From NCBI GenBank assembly GCA_016699305.1, contig CP064970.1, positions 1,034,066-1,098,065 on the forward strand: 64,000 nt of DNA. Direction: 5' to 3'. The notes beneath the pieces are model-generated. The model was not told where the DNA came from and did no database searches. It saw only the letters and a list, made by a program, of their open reading frames with translations. Of this stretch, positions 57,307 to 64,000 are shown in pieces (within the stretch, counting starts at the first letter, position 1; the number at the start of each line of letters is the position of its first letter). Source of the DNA: Alphaproteobacteria bacterium (lineage in GTDB: Bacteria > Pseudomonadota > Alphaproteobacteria > GCA-016699305). The translations under genes and the position numbers were made by a program.

Positions 57307-57531
57307 TTATGAGGCATCTGAGAGAATAGGCGCAAAGCGCCAAGTGCCATCGGGCAACTGCTCGTTAAACATATCCTTGGGCCGCACCCATACGCGACCG
57401 TCCTTACAATTCTGGTACACCACCATGTCTTGCAAAGTTTCAGAATGAATGGCCTCCCCCAACACACGATATAAGCCGCCTTTATAGTGGCGATGCGTGG
57501 GCGTGGGATCTTCCTGCGCGGCGGCCAACAT
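57307..57531 (-). CDS. DUF1653-like small protein
   Basis: A 74-aa ORF containing the HYKGGLYRV motif. Confidence 0.4.
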   Translation of the reverse strand: MLAAAQEDPTPTHRHYKGGLYRVLGEAIHSETLQDMVVYQNCKDGRVWVRPKDMFNEQLPDGTWRFAPILSDAS

Positions 57532-57539
57532 GTAGTAAC

Positions 57540-58346
57540 CTACTCCGACTTGACCGGCATCTTGATGGGGCCTTCGGCGCGACCATAGATGAACTGGTGG
57601 ACATAGGGGTTGCCCGAAAAATCGATCTCTTCCTTCGGCCCCTGCCAGATGATGCGCCCTTCATGCAGCATGGCGATGCGGTCGGCGATCTTGCGCGCGC
57701 TGGTCATGTCATGGGTGATGGACAAAGCCGTCGCGCCCAATTGCTTCACGCATTGTAAGATCAAGTTGTTGATGACATCGGCCATGATGGGGTCTAGGCC
57801 CGTGGTCGGCTCGTCGAAAAACAGAATCTGCGGCTCGGCGGCGATGGCGCGCGCCAGGGCCACACGCTTTTGCATGCCGCCCGACAATTCCGCCGGATAC
57901 ATATCGGCCACGTCCGGGGTCAGGCCCACGGCGGCCAGCTTGGACACGGCCAGATCTTTGGCCTGACGCGCGGATAGACGTTTGCCGCTGCCTTGCAGCA
58001 AGCGAAACGCCACATTGCGCCATACAGGCAGCGAGTCGAACAACGCCGCCCCCTGAAACAACATGCCAAAGCGGTCCACATGCGCCTCGCGCGCGCGGCC
58101 GCGCAGCCCCACCGTCTCCTCGCCATCCAGCTTGATCGAACCGTCATCCGGCTCCAACAGGCCCAAGATGCATTTCAGCATCACCGATTTTCCCGTGCCC
58201 GAGCCACCGATGACCACCAAGGACTCGCCCGCCTTGATCGACAGGTCCATGCCGCGCAGCACCTGCTTGGGACCAAAGGACTTGCTAAGGCCCGACAGCA
58301 CCAAGCGCGGCTGGGCGGTGGAAGCGGGAGAGGAAGAAGCGTTCAT
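57540..58346 (-). CDS. mlaF: ABC transporter ATP-binding protein, MlaF-like
   Basis: Walker A is GGSGTGKS. The ABC signature is LSGGMQKRVALARA. Walker B is LFFDEPT. Confidence 0.75.
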   Translation of the reverse strand: MNASSSPASTAQPRLVLSGLSKSFGPKQVLRGMDLSIKAGESLVVIGGSGTGKSVMLKCILGLLEPDDGSIKLDGEETVGLRGRAREAHVDRFGMLFQGAALFDSLPVWRNVAFRLLQGSGKRLSARQAKDLAVSKLAAVGLTPDVADMYPAELSGGMQKRVALARAIAAEPQILFFDEPTTGLDPIMADVINNLILQCVKQLGATALSITHDMTSARKIADRIAMLHEGRIIWQGPKEEIDFSGNPYVHQFIYGRAEGPIKMPVKSE

Positions 58347-58371
58347 GAGACGTGTTTCCTAGTGTCAGGCG

Positions 58372-59214
58372 TCAGCGGGAGAAGAACAGCCCGGTCAAGA
58401 CGTAGTTGAACAGCAAGATCAAGATGGAAGCCGAAACCACGGCATTGGTCGTCGCGCGGCCAACGCCTTGCGCGCCGCCCTTCGAGGCGAAGCCGCAATA
58501 ACACCCCATCAAGGTGATGATAAAGCCAAAGACGGCCCCCTTGACCAAGCCCAGCACGACATCCTCGGTCTTGAGGTAATCGATGGTCCTTTGCAGATAG
58601 GTCGCGGCGTTGAAGTCCAGCTGATAGACGCTGATCAAAAACCCGCCGAACACGCCGACGATATCGGCCACCAGCACCAGCAAGGGCAGCATCAGCACGC
58701 CGGCCAATAGGCGCGGCACGATAAGATATTTATGGGGATTGGCCGAAAGGGTCATCAAGGCATCGATCTGCTCGGTCACGCGCATGGTGCCGATCTCGGC
58801 CGCCATCGAGGCGCCGATGCGTCCCGCCACCATCAAGCCGCCCAAGACAGGCCCCAATTCGCGCGTCATCGACAGCACCACGACCGTTGCCACCGCGCCT
58901 TCGGCCTGGAAGCGCGCGAATCCGGTGTGGCTTTGCAGCGCCAACACCATGCCGGTGAACAACGCCGTCAGCCCCACGACCGGGAGGGAGTAATAGCCAA
59001 TCTCCACCATCTGCCGCAACAACTGCCTGACATAGATCGGCGGCTGCACGATCGCCGACAAAGAGCGGCCCGTGAACAGACCAAAGCGCCCCGTCGCCTG
59101 GAGGAAGTCCAAGAACGTGCGGCCTATCGTGCCCAAAAACCGTTCGACCAGGGTCGGACCCGACTCCGACTCGACCGCCGATGCTTTCACAGGAAGATGA
59201 GAGTTTGCAGCCAT
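58372..59214 (-). CDS. mlaE: ABC transporter permease, MlaE-like
   Basis: The family pattern ERFLGTIGRTFLDFL...GRSL is present, with multiple transmembrane helices. The start at 59214 was chosen by family length. The track start is 59316. Confidence 0.7.
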   Translation of the reverse strand: MAANSHLPVKASAVESESGPTLVERFLGTIGRTFLDFLQATGRFGLFTGRSLSAIVQPPIYVRQLLRQMVEIGYYSLPVVGLTALFTGMVLALQSHTGFARFQAEGAVATVVVLSMTRELGPVLGGLMVAGRIGASMAAEIGTMRVTEQIDALMTLSANPHKYLIVPRLLAGVLMLPLLVLVADIVGVFGGFLISVYQLDFNAATYLQRTIDYLKTEDVVLGLVKGAVFGFIITLMGCYCGFASKGGAQGVGRATTNAVVSASILILLFNYVLTGLFFSR

Positions 59215-59385
59215 GACGAACGCCTGGGTAAGAAATCGTGAATGATTCGATGTCGGCCCATGACGGGCGCGACAACCTGACCGATGAACGCTAGCGGCCA
59301 GCCGCCTCTGTGTCAAAGGGCCGCTGACAAAAAGAAAAGGGCGCGACCCTTCAGATCGCGCCCCATTCTGCCCTGGAGGAAGGGA

Positions 59386-64000
<4,615 letters not shown>

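Overview
This is a high-GC window from a bacterial chromosome that looks alphaproteobacterial. Conserved housekeeping genes are interleaved with accessory and mobile DNA. The housekeeping set is uvrD, ftsZ, a PleD-like diguanylate cyclase, tRNA-His, tldD, rsmD, rluB, yebC, rplU-rpmA, bcp, trpS and mlaEF.

The main accessory content, in order along the window:
- 1-6.5 kb: a minus-strand operon of an SNF2-family helicase, two AT-rich membrane-anchored proteins of unknown function and a beta-class DNA methyltransferase. The methylase runs off the window start. This is a candidate unclassified defence module.
- 8.1-10.1 kb: a BrxR/CapW-like HTH-WYL regulator immediately upstream of a Cys-rich/Sel1-like unknown gene.
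- 10.3-15.8 kb: an 1818-aa filamentous-haemagglutinin-like TpsA exoprotein with no adjacent TpsB.
- 15.8-16.9 kb: an intact IS30-family element with perfect 28-bp inverted repeats.
- 17.7-21.4 kb: a Fic protein, an IS5-family element and a class A beta-lactamase.
- 21.9-28.3 kb: a dCache methyl-accepting chemotaxis protein and a TetR-regulated DevBCA/MacAB-type efflux operon.
- 30.2-31.4 kb: two small GIY-YIG nuclease paralogues.

Several repeat families are present. One is a REP-like ~60-bp hairpin element found upstream of several genes. One is a pair of ~220-bp direct repeats that carry a conserved mini-ORF. One is a ~260-bp MITE-like element present twice.

Other unusual structure:
- A poly-C13 tract sits upstream of the chemotaxis gene.
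- Two tandem secreted paralogues share an identical 290-bp 5' region.
- A Cys-rich secreted ORF is split by one in-frame TAG.
- An internally deleted, near-identical trpS remnant lies 1.8 kb from intact trpS.
- The window ends in a >1500-aa hyper-repetitive low-complexity gene. It has about 20 near-identical 135-bp tandem repeats, an (SSSGG)n block and roughly 95 consecutive prolines. This gene runs off the window end.
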